Below, piece after piece: positions 40,401 through 52,400 of a stretch of 64,000 nt of DNA (its first letter is position 1; every line of letters begins with the position of its first letter). The stretch is taken from the NCBI GenBank assembly GCA_051294905.1, contig CM119376.1, positions 18,166,001 to 18,230,000 of the forward strand, given 5' to 3'. A program made the translations under genes and the position numbers. The notes under the pieces are model-generated. The model did no database searches, had not been told where the DNA came from, and saw only the letters and a program-made list of their open reading frames with translations. This DNA comes from Botryllus schlosseri (Eukaryota).

Positions 40401-43400
40401 TCGTTAAGGCCGTTTAAATGCTTTATTCAAAAAGAAGTGGTTCCGAACGGGGAGGGGGGGTCGTTTGCCTTTATTCTGGGGTTGACGAATATATTGAACG
40501 TAATCAGGATTCAAAATAGCCCGTGAGTAAGTCTGGGCAAAGGTGCTGACTTCTTTTAGTAATCAGCTCGTTCAATTTTGATCTGCGCCAGGGAACATTT
40601 TTGAATTGGAGATGGATTCGCGACCATAAAAGGTTGGAAACCACTGGATGTTGGGTGTTTATATAGCTCCGTGGTGCGCACCGACATAAGGCAGATTAAC
40701 AATCTTATCGGTAGGACATGAACATGACTTAACGATGTGCAATTACGCTCCCAGTATTTTCGAACTCATCATCCTCGACCAGCACTACCGCTAACTCTCA
40801 TCATATGGGCGCAGAGTAGTATCTATATAGTAATATATGGAAGCATCCATTGGAACGACCAATATTATTGACAGAATTCATTCAAATAATTTAACGACCA
40901 GATGCATATAGAAACCAGATTCATATAGCAAGCACCACCCCTTCAGAAGTTGCATCGATTACCCTATAGTGTGGGGTCAAAATCATTGGTTATTTGGGCG
41001 GGAGGGGGCTGAAAACATGTGCTTTCGGTCATGGTTACACAACACACAGCCACAAACTCCTGAACCGGACCGTGACCACCTCTGGTGCAACAACCTATAA
41101 GGTTATGTCTCTGTAAGTAGAACTCAGACAAGTAGATGTCCCGCGTATAGGCTGTAACTGTCTGGTACTTAACTGAGAGAATGTCCTGCGTTGTATTCGT
41201 GAATTCTTCGTAAAGATATATTGTTCATACACAGTTTATCACACGTATTTTCAGTAGGTAGCATAAGTCTCCTCTCGTTTTAGCCCTCGCACGAGCTTAT
41301 ATACGCTCGACATAATCGCAATAGGAAGTCTACGTCATATGCTAATATGGGCGTGAAATACACAGTTGTCTGATACCTATACACAGCGACACTGGTCTAT
41401 GAGCAAAGCTTTGCTGGTGTGACGTCATAACTCATTTTGAAATCCACTAGTGGGCGCTAAAGAGTGTCCGGAATTTGGGTTGCTGAAATATGGTAACCCT
41501 ATACTAGTACTTGAAAATGCGAAAGTGAGGAAAATTAGTATATTATTCGATATCACCGAACAGAATTATAAAATGCAGGTTTAACAAGACTTTAACGGGA
41601 AACTCAGCAGTCCTCTGCTGGCTGACTTGGACTTGACTCGGTAGTGAATTAAAAATGACTCGACTTGACTCGAGTCAAAACTATAAAAGTGAGATTGACT
41701 TGTGACTCGGCGCCTTGTGACTTGGTTACAACCCTGGTATCCATCAACATTGCTCGTACTTCGTATGCTTGAGTAGCCTTAAAAATTGAATTTCCATATA
41801 GATACTCATCCTAAATGGCTGATATTCTATCACGCATTTCACAGCGAAACTAGCACCCTAGTAAAATCTTGCATATACATACGGCAAGTGTTTTAATCGC
41901 ATAAACTGCGAAATAGCATTGTAAGAGTAAAATCCTCAAGCACAAGCAACCCTATTCCAGCAGTAAAGTTGAAGTGTCTGCAACAGAATACTCACGAGCT
42001 CTATGATAGCATGACTTCGTCACTTCGTTGTAACAGCACCCTAATTGAAATCTGCATAAATTGGATGGAATGCCCCTGGGCCCGCACGGAGTTCTAAACA
42101 ATCAATGTGTTAGGTAAAATTGAAATCGATACCATTGCATTGTAGAATTCTCACGTGCGGTAAGAGTTGACTGCGCAACATGAACTCGTCGTAACCACCT
42201 GCAAGGGATTTAAGGATTTAGATTTGAAAATATGAACTCAACTTGTTTCTGGTTGTCAACCAAAATCCTGTTTATTACAAGCAAAAGAAATGTTTGTATA
42301 CAAATCTTTTGATGGACAGGTATACCTCATATGCCTGTCAATATAAAGTCCTACCCACAATAACAACTTATCGAGGCATTGCCACTAATTCCCAGTTTGG
42401 CTACTTATCGAATTTTTTCAAATGTGAATTGAGTCATCTAAAATTCAATTAATACTGCCATTGATTGCATTAATCATATTCCATTTAGTGTGACTAAATA
42501 AATTCAGAAAACACTTGAGATAATTTTAACTTCACACATACCTGAGTTGGCGGTACGGTGGCTCTTGGAGCTGAAATAGCACAGGTATTGAGTTAATACT
42601 GCTATTCACGATTGATAAAAGACATATAGTAATAATCTCCTTGTGGAGCGTGACACATATGTACTCATTAAAGAATTCACATGCTCCTAAGATATTTTCA
42701 AAAGGGTGTTAGTATTTAATAGTAGTGACTATCCATCAGTTACTTGAAACTGGAAAAAACAATCTGTTATTGAAAAAACACTGACCATTGTCATGCTAAT
42801 GGGTGAACCAATCATGTAGGACTATATTTATAGAGGAATGTATGACTCCGAAAATGTATTCCAAAAATATTGACCATGCTTAAAATATAGATAGTAAAAT
42901 ATATTGTTTTTCTTCTTCAATCATCTCATGACGTGTAGGGGTGGCCATAGTGGATCAACCGCAGCTCTGCCTATATGTCCGGGCTTGCGATCGGACACCG
43001 GAATGTATGTGTGATCACCAATGGCTGGGTTTTTATGGGACAGTCGCAGATGGGATATCAAAATCAATACTAATGAAATATTAACGCTGCGATGTGTACA
43101 TATTCTCACCAATTTGGCATCTGTCTCCTGTATACCCATTGTTGCAGCGACATTGGAACCCTCCATTCGTCGAAAATGGAAAACACTCGCCGCCGTTCAA
43201 ACAGGATCCAGGAGCGCAAATCAAACTTCCGGTGGAGACTGAAACAATATTTTTACCTCGTGATAAATATGCTGTAGCGCGCACTTCATTTCAAGAAACA
43301 GTAATGACTACCTTTCTCTATCGATCGAATTTGCATCTAATCAATATCTAATCCTATATGATTTCTCTCAAACTCAAAAGCGGTCAAATTTCTGGTGCGA

Positions 43401-46400
43401 CTGGGAGGCGGAGCAATATAAATGTAATTAGAATTGTAAGATGGTCATAGCCACCAATTTCATATCCCTTGACAACATCGCAGCTCGCATATTCGATATT
43501 CAAACGCACGAAATCCGTTTACTTACACACTGTACTCTTAACAGTTGAGCCCCTCATGCAAATGAAGTGCCTGCGAGTGTTGCAGTCCGCGTCAAACCAT
43601 CTTCCAACTGTTCCCTGATACGTCGAAATGCGATCGCTGGCGGCAATCGTCAAGCAGCTCTTCGCGTTTCGTCTGTTGGGCTCCTGGTAACTACCAGATC
43701 GATACCAATTTTGGTACCCGCCTTGGGAAGGTAAATTGAGGTTGTTTCCGCTTTCCCATCTCTGAAAATACCAAGCCACGTTGTGGCAATATTTGTCGAA
43801 CAATCACGGGGACATCATACCCATCGGCCACTCTTATCGTTACCGCCGATCCAGTATCCCATGCATTCTTGACAGCCGGAAGCCATCGGAACTTCTTTCT
43901 CCCATGATCTTATAATGCCGGTAATGTAATCGGACATTTGTCCGTTGGATACTTCCAACAGACTACTGGGAATTGACGGTGTAGATTCCTTCTGGCATTC
44001 TTGCATGGCTTCGCCGTAAGTCCGGCCCATTTTGAAGAAGGAGAAAGTGTAATCGCGCCACCGGAATCTGTGTACTTTGACTGGAACAAAATGGGACAAG
44101 GGTAAGTCGCAATATATATTGGTAATTCGAAAACTCTTCGAGTTAGGACTATAATATCATGTATTTTTGTAATGGATATTGTAATGAAAGGAATGTTCAA
44201 GTTCTATAAAGCCCGATGAACACTGAGCTCGCGACCCGGCAAAACGAGTGAATAGTGCCTGTCTGCGACTTGGCCATGCACACAGAAGTGGCTGTTAACT
44301 CGCAACATGCCGTCTGCAACAGGGTTGCACAACTCCCAGAGTCTATCTTTGAATATTGTTAGGATGTTTTTCATTTAAAATAAAATTTGAATGCATTTGA
44401 ATGTTGTTGTCTACCTTGTGGCGAAATTCATGTACGAGTGATCACCGTTGATGCAATCACTGAGGCCATCGAAAACAGAAAGTTAAGGTGTAGCATAGTA
44501 CACCTGGAGTTCTAGAAATCTCAATCAGTAACTGGAAATGGCCCCCAGCAACTGTCTCCCGCAAATTCGGTGTTTTCAGCATTGAAATACGAGATTGGTT
44601 GCTTACGAAAAAGTGTTTGTACACATGACGCCAGCTAATTCATTCACGAAATATTCATTTTGTGGTGTCTTAGGAGCTGTGTGGTGTATCCATATCGATA
44701 TTGCGGGCAGTAACCACAAGGAATGTAGTCGCCGCTAGTGGGCACTTCAGAGTTCTCATCCCACAGCAGTGTGCATTGCGACTTACGACTCGTAACTCGC
44801 GACGCGAGGCCAGTGTGCATCGGGCCTAAAACGAACCAGCTATTTAAATAACTGAGAGAATACGGCAGCCCCTATCACTTTTATGGAAATGTGTGAATCA
44901 CTTCTGAGAGTTTTCAAACCCAACACTCCTTTTAGCAACTCGTATTTTTTCAGATGCTAATCATATTATGCAATTTTGAAGAGTAAGAGTATTCAATTTT
45001 ATCTACCTTGGACTACCATAGCAATGGTAACAATGAAATTGAGGAAGCATGCTTAATTGTACAGTTACACACTTTGCGCAGTGTGCATTACACAGAGAAC
45101 GCAAAAACATAAATATATTCGTACATAATGGTCACGCAAATGAAGTTGAAATGAATCCCATGGTATATCCGCGTCAAAAGAGGCATCATGGTCGACAACT
45201 TTATAGCAGGCTACTGTGTATTCAATAAAATGTGGTGGTAATTTATCTGATAATTCAGTACAACATAATCCCGATACTTCTACTTGAGTAACAGCTGTAA
45301 TACCAACTACCTTAGCAGACTACGTGTTAAATATACAAATAAATCTACCTGTTGGCTTCAGTACTGAAATAGTTGGCTTGGCAGTAGTATGTTCCTCAGG
45401 TTTGGTAACAGGTCCTGGAATCGTATTAGGAGGATATCCATACCCTGGCCCTAGCTGTGGCCTGTTCCCTATGACATAATAGCCGCCATCATTGTTGCGA
45501 TTCCTTCCAACCACTGCTCGCCGCATGTAACAGTGAGGCTGAATGATAAATTCAGTCAGCTTTGGCATCATATTTCAAAATCGTGTTTATTGAAGGTACG
45601 TACGTAATTTTCATCCTTCGTGTAGCCCCAGTAACAACAGCCAAGTTCAACACATGCTGTAGAGTTACTTGACGTGAAGTTTTTACCTGCATGAAAGAAA
45701 TCACCATTTATTATTATAAATCACAACCAATGAGATTAAATGTTTGGAAGTGTCAAATACTGACTATGAAACAATGGAAAGAATGATTCTATTTATTCAT
45801 ATTGCTAACACTCAAAATTTGACGATGCTCACATCAAATCCCGGCACTTTGATATAGGAAGTACAGTATACACACAATACCGATAAGTCATTTCCTTGAC
45901 AGCTGATCAACACCGTGTTTTGAATGACAGTCAGTCAATACGCAATGCTAACCCTCTTTAGGGTTAGCCTAAGTCAGGGGTATGTGTCTAGGGAGCAGAG
46001 CATAGTGGAAGCCACACGTACACTGCAACACATAGGTATGCTATCCCCTAACCCTAACCACAGTCGGCAATGTACATTGATAGAGTTTAGGAAATCACTG
46101 TGAACAGTGTCGATTAGTAATTACAGGAGAGCTTCTTAATATCCATCCGACCATACACGGGAGCTTAATGCTCGATTTGGAGACACATAATGTAGCCCAG
46201 ACCTACTAATGAACCCTGAACTGTGTTACAAATCGTGAGACGGCGAACAAATGCCTTGTAGCTTCTTCGAAATCACAGAGTGGTCAAAGTAACTAGAAAT
46301 ACCACATCTCCCATAATAGAGAACGCTACTATAAAAAACTGTAGCAGGTAATGTTTCGCATATATTTTAAGAATTTGAAAAGCGCTGCTTCCGACCCCTT

Positions 46401-49400
46401 AACCCTGTGATAACGCCACTGAGTAACAAGTCGGCCTATAGCAGTGGTTCCCAAACTTTTTCGGAGTGAGGGTCAAATTTAGAATTTCAGAGTACAGTCG
46501 GGGCCGCACGAATACTACGGCTATGAAACGGACCAAAACAGTCATCATGGCTATTTCGGAGTAGTTTTATTGCCCTGGCGAGATTTCAAAACTAGTGTAC
46601 ACTGTTTACCGCTACTTATCTGCTGCATTGGGTGTCCGTTGAGTGAATCAGATCTTCTCGCCTAAACGCGCGAAGCGCGAGAAATTTCTGTATTTTCATG
46701 ACTGATTCGGTTAATATGATCGGGAATTGCATGTAGGCTAATGCTATCAATTTTCATCCTGTCTCTGTTCACATAATCTGATTTACCGGTAGAGCTGAGT
46801 GAGGTGTGTCTGAAAAGGTACAGGCCCCCTCAATAGTAGCCTGATTAAACATCTCCGGGGGTATACGTTGGCATGGGGTCCCCGTTGGCAGGAACGTAAC
46901 AGCACTTCGTCAGGACCCCGGACTCCCATAGGGTGATAAACTGACCCCGCATCACGTTGTTCGCTTTTGCCACGAAATTAAAGTTGTAGTGAGACAGCGC
47001 GACGCGCGAATATTTCGATAATTCATGATAAAATCGGTCAATAAGATCGGGAATTGCACGGTTGTCCTCTTTGCCCATGTAATCAGATTTACCGGTAGAG
47101 CTGAGTGGGAGGTATCTTTGAGACTGCAGACCCCGTAAAATTAAACATCTTCGGGCGGGCGGACCCCTAGGTATGACTTCTTTACATGATGTTATTTCGT
47201 GACCTCCTGTCCGCTATATCAAAAAATGTAGAATTGCCCAAACCTACTAAACTGAAAGATCACACGATTTCAGATTGGTATTTCTTCACTGGCATATAAT
47301 TTTCTTTCCTGCAGGATGGTGTTTGTCTTGTGAGGTTCAGATTGCCAAGACAAGAACATTTGGCGCCAGTCATTTAGGCGCCTATATGGACAATTAAACC
47401 TATATGTATTTTGTATATATAACGAAGTTTTTGGTCAGCATAAAAGCAGTCCTTTACGGCCAATGGCTTTCTCGCTGCCGATCGTTTTGACACACTTCTT
47501 GGAGTCACATATTACATGGCCTAAAACTTTATATGTCTTGGTGCGTTGTGGTGCGGTCATGGCCAACGCTAATATGCCCATTTCTATAAATCTTGCGTAT
47601 TTTTTCTTGGGGAAGAGTACCCGATATTCAAGATATGTGGCGAATTGAAATCGCGCCCAGCGCGAAAAATTTTTGAAAAAGTTGCATAAATTTTCAAAAA
47701 ATACTCTATAATTCATGCTAATTCACGAAATAATTTTGGGCCCCCTTCGAGCTCGGCCCCCCTCAATTGGGGGGTTTGCGGTGCGGCAGTTACGGCCCTG
47801 ACTATAGGACTACCAATTATGCTTTTTTTAGCCGGCTAAGCAGTATGCATCTCGGCGTATTCAACCGTGAGTCACGTGTTGCACATCTAGTTATCATAGG
47901 GTTACCATACGTCCTCTTTTAAAATGATTTGTCCTCTTTTTTTATTTTTTCAAAGTGCCCTCGGAGGACGCCCAAATGTCTTCTTTTTTGAGATTTTGTC
48001 TTCTTTTTTGAGGATTTTGGTTACATATAGGGCCAAATTCGACTGATATACATTAAGTCAGCACTGTAGGAAAGCTAAAGCGGCTATTTCGTTAATGTTT
48101 AATTTCTGTTAATGTGAAAGAAAAACTGTATTTTCCGGGGGTTGAGCCTCTTTCCTTTTTAGTCAAGCGACCACGAAGTGGGAAAAATTACCATTTTTTC
48201 AGGATTTTCCTCCAGTTTTGAAAGTTATCAATACCTATTTATATCTATAGCTACTGCTCGATCAACTGGAAAGTTAGGGCACATTGCATTAAAACAGCAG
48301 TGACGTAATGTTAGCAGTCTATACTCACAACTTTCCTGCAATTCTATAATTAAAAACTACAGAGGCCAAGCTAAGCAATAGTATTTTATAAATATAAATT
48401 TTATTTTTTGTCATAAATCGATTTCTTATTATATTTTGGGGGCCGCAAGAAGGCTATCTGGGGGCCGCGCTTGGGAATCACTGGCCTATAGCATACTGGT
48501 ATCATGCCAATATGATATTCCATTATTGACATCATCATAGATTCATAGCAATAGGTACTGTGGACAATGAACTACACGTTAAATTCTTCAATTGACCACG
48601 GTATGTTGTCACAGCAAGAATGGGAATCGAAGCAAAATGCGGATTATCCTGCAAACCCTGGCAGCTCTCTATGGCCTATTCGCACCGCACTGTCCACTGA
48701 CTCCACTCTAACCGCGGTAACTGAATAAGGGCTTGAGGCTGGGGCTCGATGTGGTGACGTCAATGACGTAACACTGCATTTGATGATCCATAAGTCACTC
48801 AACTATGACATAGTTGAGTGACTTTGGTTTTGTTCATATTATAGAATGTTTACATTCTATATTCATATCATGTTGTCCTATATCAGGGATGAGCAATGGG
48901 CATGGATTAGGATTAAGTTTTGGGAAAAAATGAATACGGATTTCAGATTTTTTTAAATGGATTAGGATTAGGATTGGATTTTCCGAATTTCGAGGATATT
49001 GACGTCCAGTGGCGAATGGCGACAAAGTTTTTCGTCCTATTAAAGTAACTTCATGCAGGCCTACTTCGGCACTCATGATTAGGCGTTTTATTTCTTTTTA
49101 CAGAACTATAGGCATAAGATGTAGGCTATAGGTATTCTAATTTTATATCGGATTAGGATTAGGATTAGGATTAAGGGGGATAGCGTAGTGGTGAGCGTCG
49201 GCGCCATCTACACGGACGGCCTGGGTTCAATTGCCACCGTTGGGGGTTATTCTGGGCTCCTCGTCCCCCATGTTGCTGTTCTTACGACGAAAAGGCCAAG
49301 ATAAAAAGACTTGATAAAGAAAGAAAAAGAGCAAGAAAAACCTTATAAAAGAGACCAAGAAAGAAGACTGTGACATCGCGCACTAGATACAGGGGGAGGC

Positions 49401-52400
49401 CAGTTAAAGAGACCCCAACTGGTTGCGTGTTCGGCAATCGGCATCCCCCTATCTGTTCATTACAACGCATTGTGTGTCTTGTATATCGCATAGTACAATT
49501 TGTGTGTGTGTGTATTGGGCGGACGAAAATATAATCCGACGATTATTACGATGATTACGAGTATTATTACGAGAGGATTGGAATATACAAAATTTCTGGA
49601 TTAGAACTTGGATTAGGATTTGAAGCTTCGGATTTGGATTTGATTAGGACATGAAAATTTCACAAATTCGCTCATTAGCTCAGTGATCTCTGTCCTATAA
49701 TATGATGTCGAAACAAGCAAATCTCACGGCTCAGTGAAATTGGTCTACGTCACACTTTCCATTTGACTAAAGGCAATTTGAAGGTAATTTTTGACCGATT
49801 TGCCTAGCGCGAAATTTGATAAAACGGGTATCAATCGAAAGCTACCGCGGTATTGATTGCGAAATAATAAATTTTATTTTGCTCGTGGCCCTGGAACACC
49901 TCAAAATCAGCCTCGAATGTCGCATTGTAACGGAGTTTGGTATAGTGATGCAACAATACCGTCTGAGCAGCTCAGGAGCAAGTGCGCACGAGAGTGAGAG
50001 TGTGAATGCTCAATCAGTTGCGCAGCAATGACCAATACACTTGCGGTTCGCGCTGCTCGTTACCTGCTCCTAGACGGTATTGTTGCGTCACAATACCAAG
50101 TTCCGTTACAATGCAACATGGGAGGCTGATCGGCCACGAGCCATTTGCAATCGGTACCGCGGTAGCTTTCGATTGATACCCGTTTTATCAAATTTCGCGG
50201 TAGGCAAGCCGGTGAAAAATTACCGTAAAATTGCCTTCAGCCAAATGGAAAGTGTGACGTAGACCAATTTCACTGAGCCGTGAGATTTGTTTGTGTCCAC
50301 ACCATATAGGATACTATAGTTATATCATATAGGACAGTATGTTTATATGTTTCACACGCATCGCACGTATGCGTCCCCCAAAATTATGAAGTTGCTAGTT
50401 TCATCGTGTGAATTTACCGCGTTTAGCGTTATCAGGCGCCATCGGGGAAGCATAAAGCGAACGTGTCAGGCTACAGATATCGTAAACTCATAACTCGTAT
50501 TGGAGAACGCTAGACATTATAGATTCATATGTGAGCATATTCAATTCCTCTTCTTCAAGTTTAGAATTTTCTGTTAGGCAATTACTTAATTGTCATGAAA
50601 CGGCGTGGAACAATAGGTGAATTCGTTTAGAATAGATCCAAAAAAATCAGTACCGTCTTTGTCTTTACATCGCGTCTTGAATTCGTCGTCCAAATGACAT
50701 GTTGTGATGTTTTCAAAAGTTGCTAGAACCAGTTCGTTCGGGTACTCCTTTTTAAACTCGACAATCTGAGAACGGATGAATAAACATTAAACAATTCAAT
50801 ACATATCATATATATGGCGAAATAGTTCGCGAGTGTAGTAAATCACATATATATTTTATGGTAGAGGGAAACATAACCATAAGCTATAGCATCAGGGCCG
50901 AAACAGCACTTCGTCATCCTCCCACCCCATATATATGGCGATAGACCTAACTTATGGGAGGCTTCTCCCCCCCCCCCCAGACTCCCTTGCCCCCGTCAGG
51001 ATATACGTTTTCACCGATACGTGTAAGCGATATTTCTTATGCTCGTTAGTGAGTAACTTTCAGTGTCATTATCGCGCGAGGCGCGAAAATATTATATAGC
51101 CTAATTCATGATTGAATCGGTCAGTAATATCGGAACTTGCATATATATAGCTATAAATACCGGTAGCGCTGAGTGAGGTGTGGCCTTGGAAAATAAGGGC
51201 CCGTAAATAATAATTAAACATATTCGGGTGGGCCCTTTGGTATAATGACATCGTTACATGATGTTATCTCGTGACTTCCTGTCTGTAATGTTGTCATAAG
51301 ATATTAAAATCGCCCAAACGTACTAAACTAAAAGACGTACACGATTTCAAATTGTATTTCTTCACTGGGAGATAGTTTTTCTCTGCGGGATGGCATTTGT
51401 CTTGTAGATTGCCAAGACAGAAACATTTGGCGCTAGCCATTTATAGGCTCTTACGGACAATTGAAAATATATGTTAGTATATTGTATACACATCGAAATT
51501 TTCGATCAGCATAAGGGCAATCCTTTTCGTCCAAGGTTTTCTCGCTACCAATCGTTCTGGCAGACTTTTCGTAGTCGCATGTTACACGGCCTAAAACTTC
51601 ATGTCTTGATGCGTCGCGGAGCGGTAATGGCCGACGCAGAAATGCCAATTTCTATACATCATGCGCATTTTTTCTTGGGGGACGGGTACCCAATAATGAA
51701 GTGATTTGGTAACATTAAATCACGAAAAAAAATTGAATAAAGTTGCATAAATTTTTAAAAAATACACTATAATTTATGTTAATTTACGGAATAATTGAAT
51801 AATTTTGGGCCCCCTTCGATCTCGCTCCCCCCTCCAATTGGGGGTTTTGTGTTGCGGCAGTTGCGGTCCTGAACAGCATCATAACCAAGGTCATCAGTTT
51901 TCGTCTCAAAACGCCGCAAGACTTTTTCAGCTAAACGCACTACATCTGGTAGACGAACGTTCAAAATGCTATCAAATGTGCGAAGTTGCCCCAATAAGGC
52001 AATTTCTAACATCATTCAAAACGATGTGTAGGCTATATTCCAGTACCATCCGAAGGACGACCATGTTAAGTATGTTTACAGACTCAAAACTAACAGGACA
52101 CATGCCACTGATTTGGCCTCAGCAGATTGAGAGAAGGGGAGGCGGCAATTTTCTAACAATAAGGTGAGGCTTAGGTTCACCTAAAAAAGGTTGGACAATG
52201 GCCACCCCTCCTCCAAGGGCTATATATATCATTGTAGAGTAGATCGATATCAAGATTTCACGTTCATGGGTGCTACGGCTTCAACGTGGGAATTCATCAA
52301 AAATTTGAGACAGCACCAGATAAAATAACTGGTCATGTGGGCTGAAGCATCATCCGACAATACGTCAGACATTGTGTCCGGTGTGTCCCCAAGCGCCTGA

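Noticed and set aside
42930-43023. Possible extra linker exon ([19 protein letters not shown]..)
   Set aside because: It has an acceptor but no GT donor in the phase required by the next exon; left out, although an alternative exon cannot be excluded.
46309-46335. Alternative small exon (..VLYYGRC G|) for the start of trefoil 1
   Set aside because: It needs a phase-2 upstream partner that I could not support; exon 50765-50654 fits both phases and gives C-x9-C spacing.
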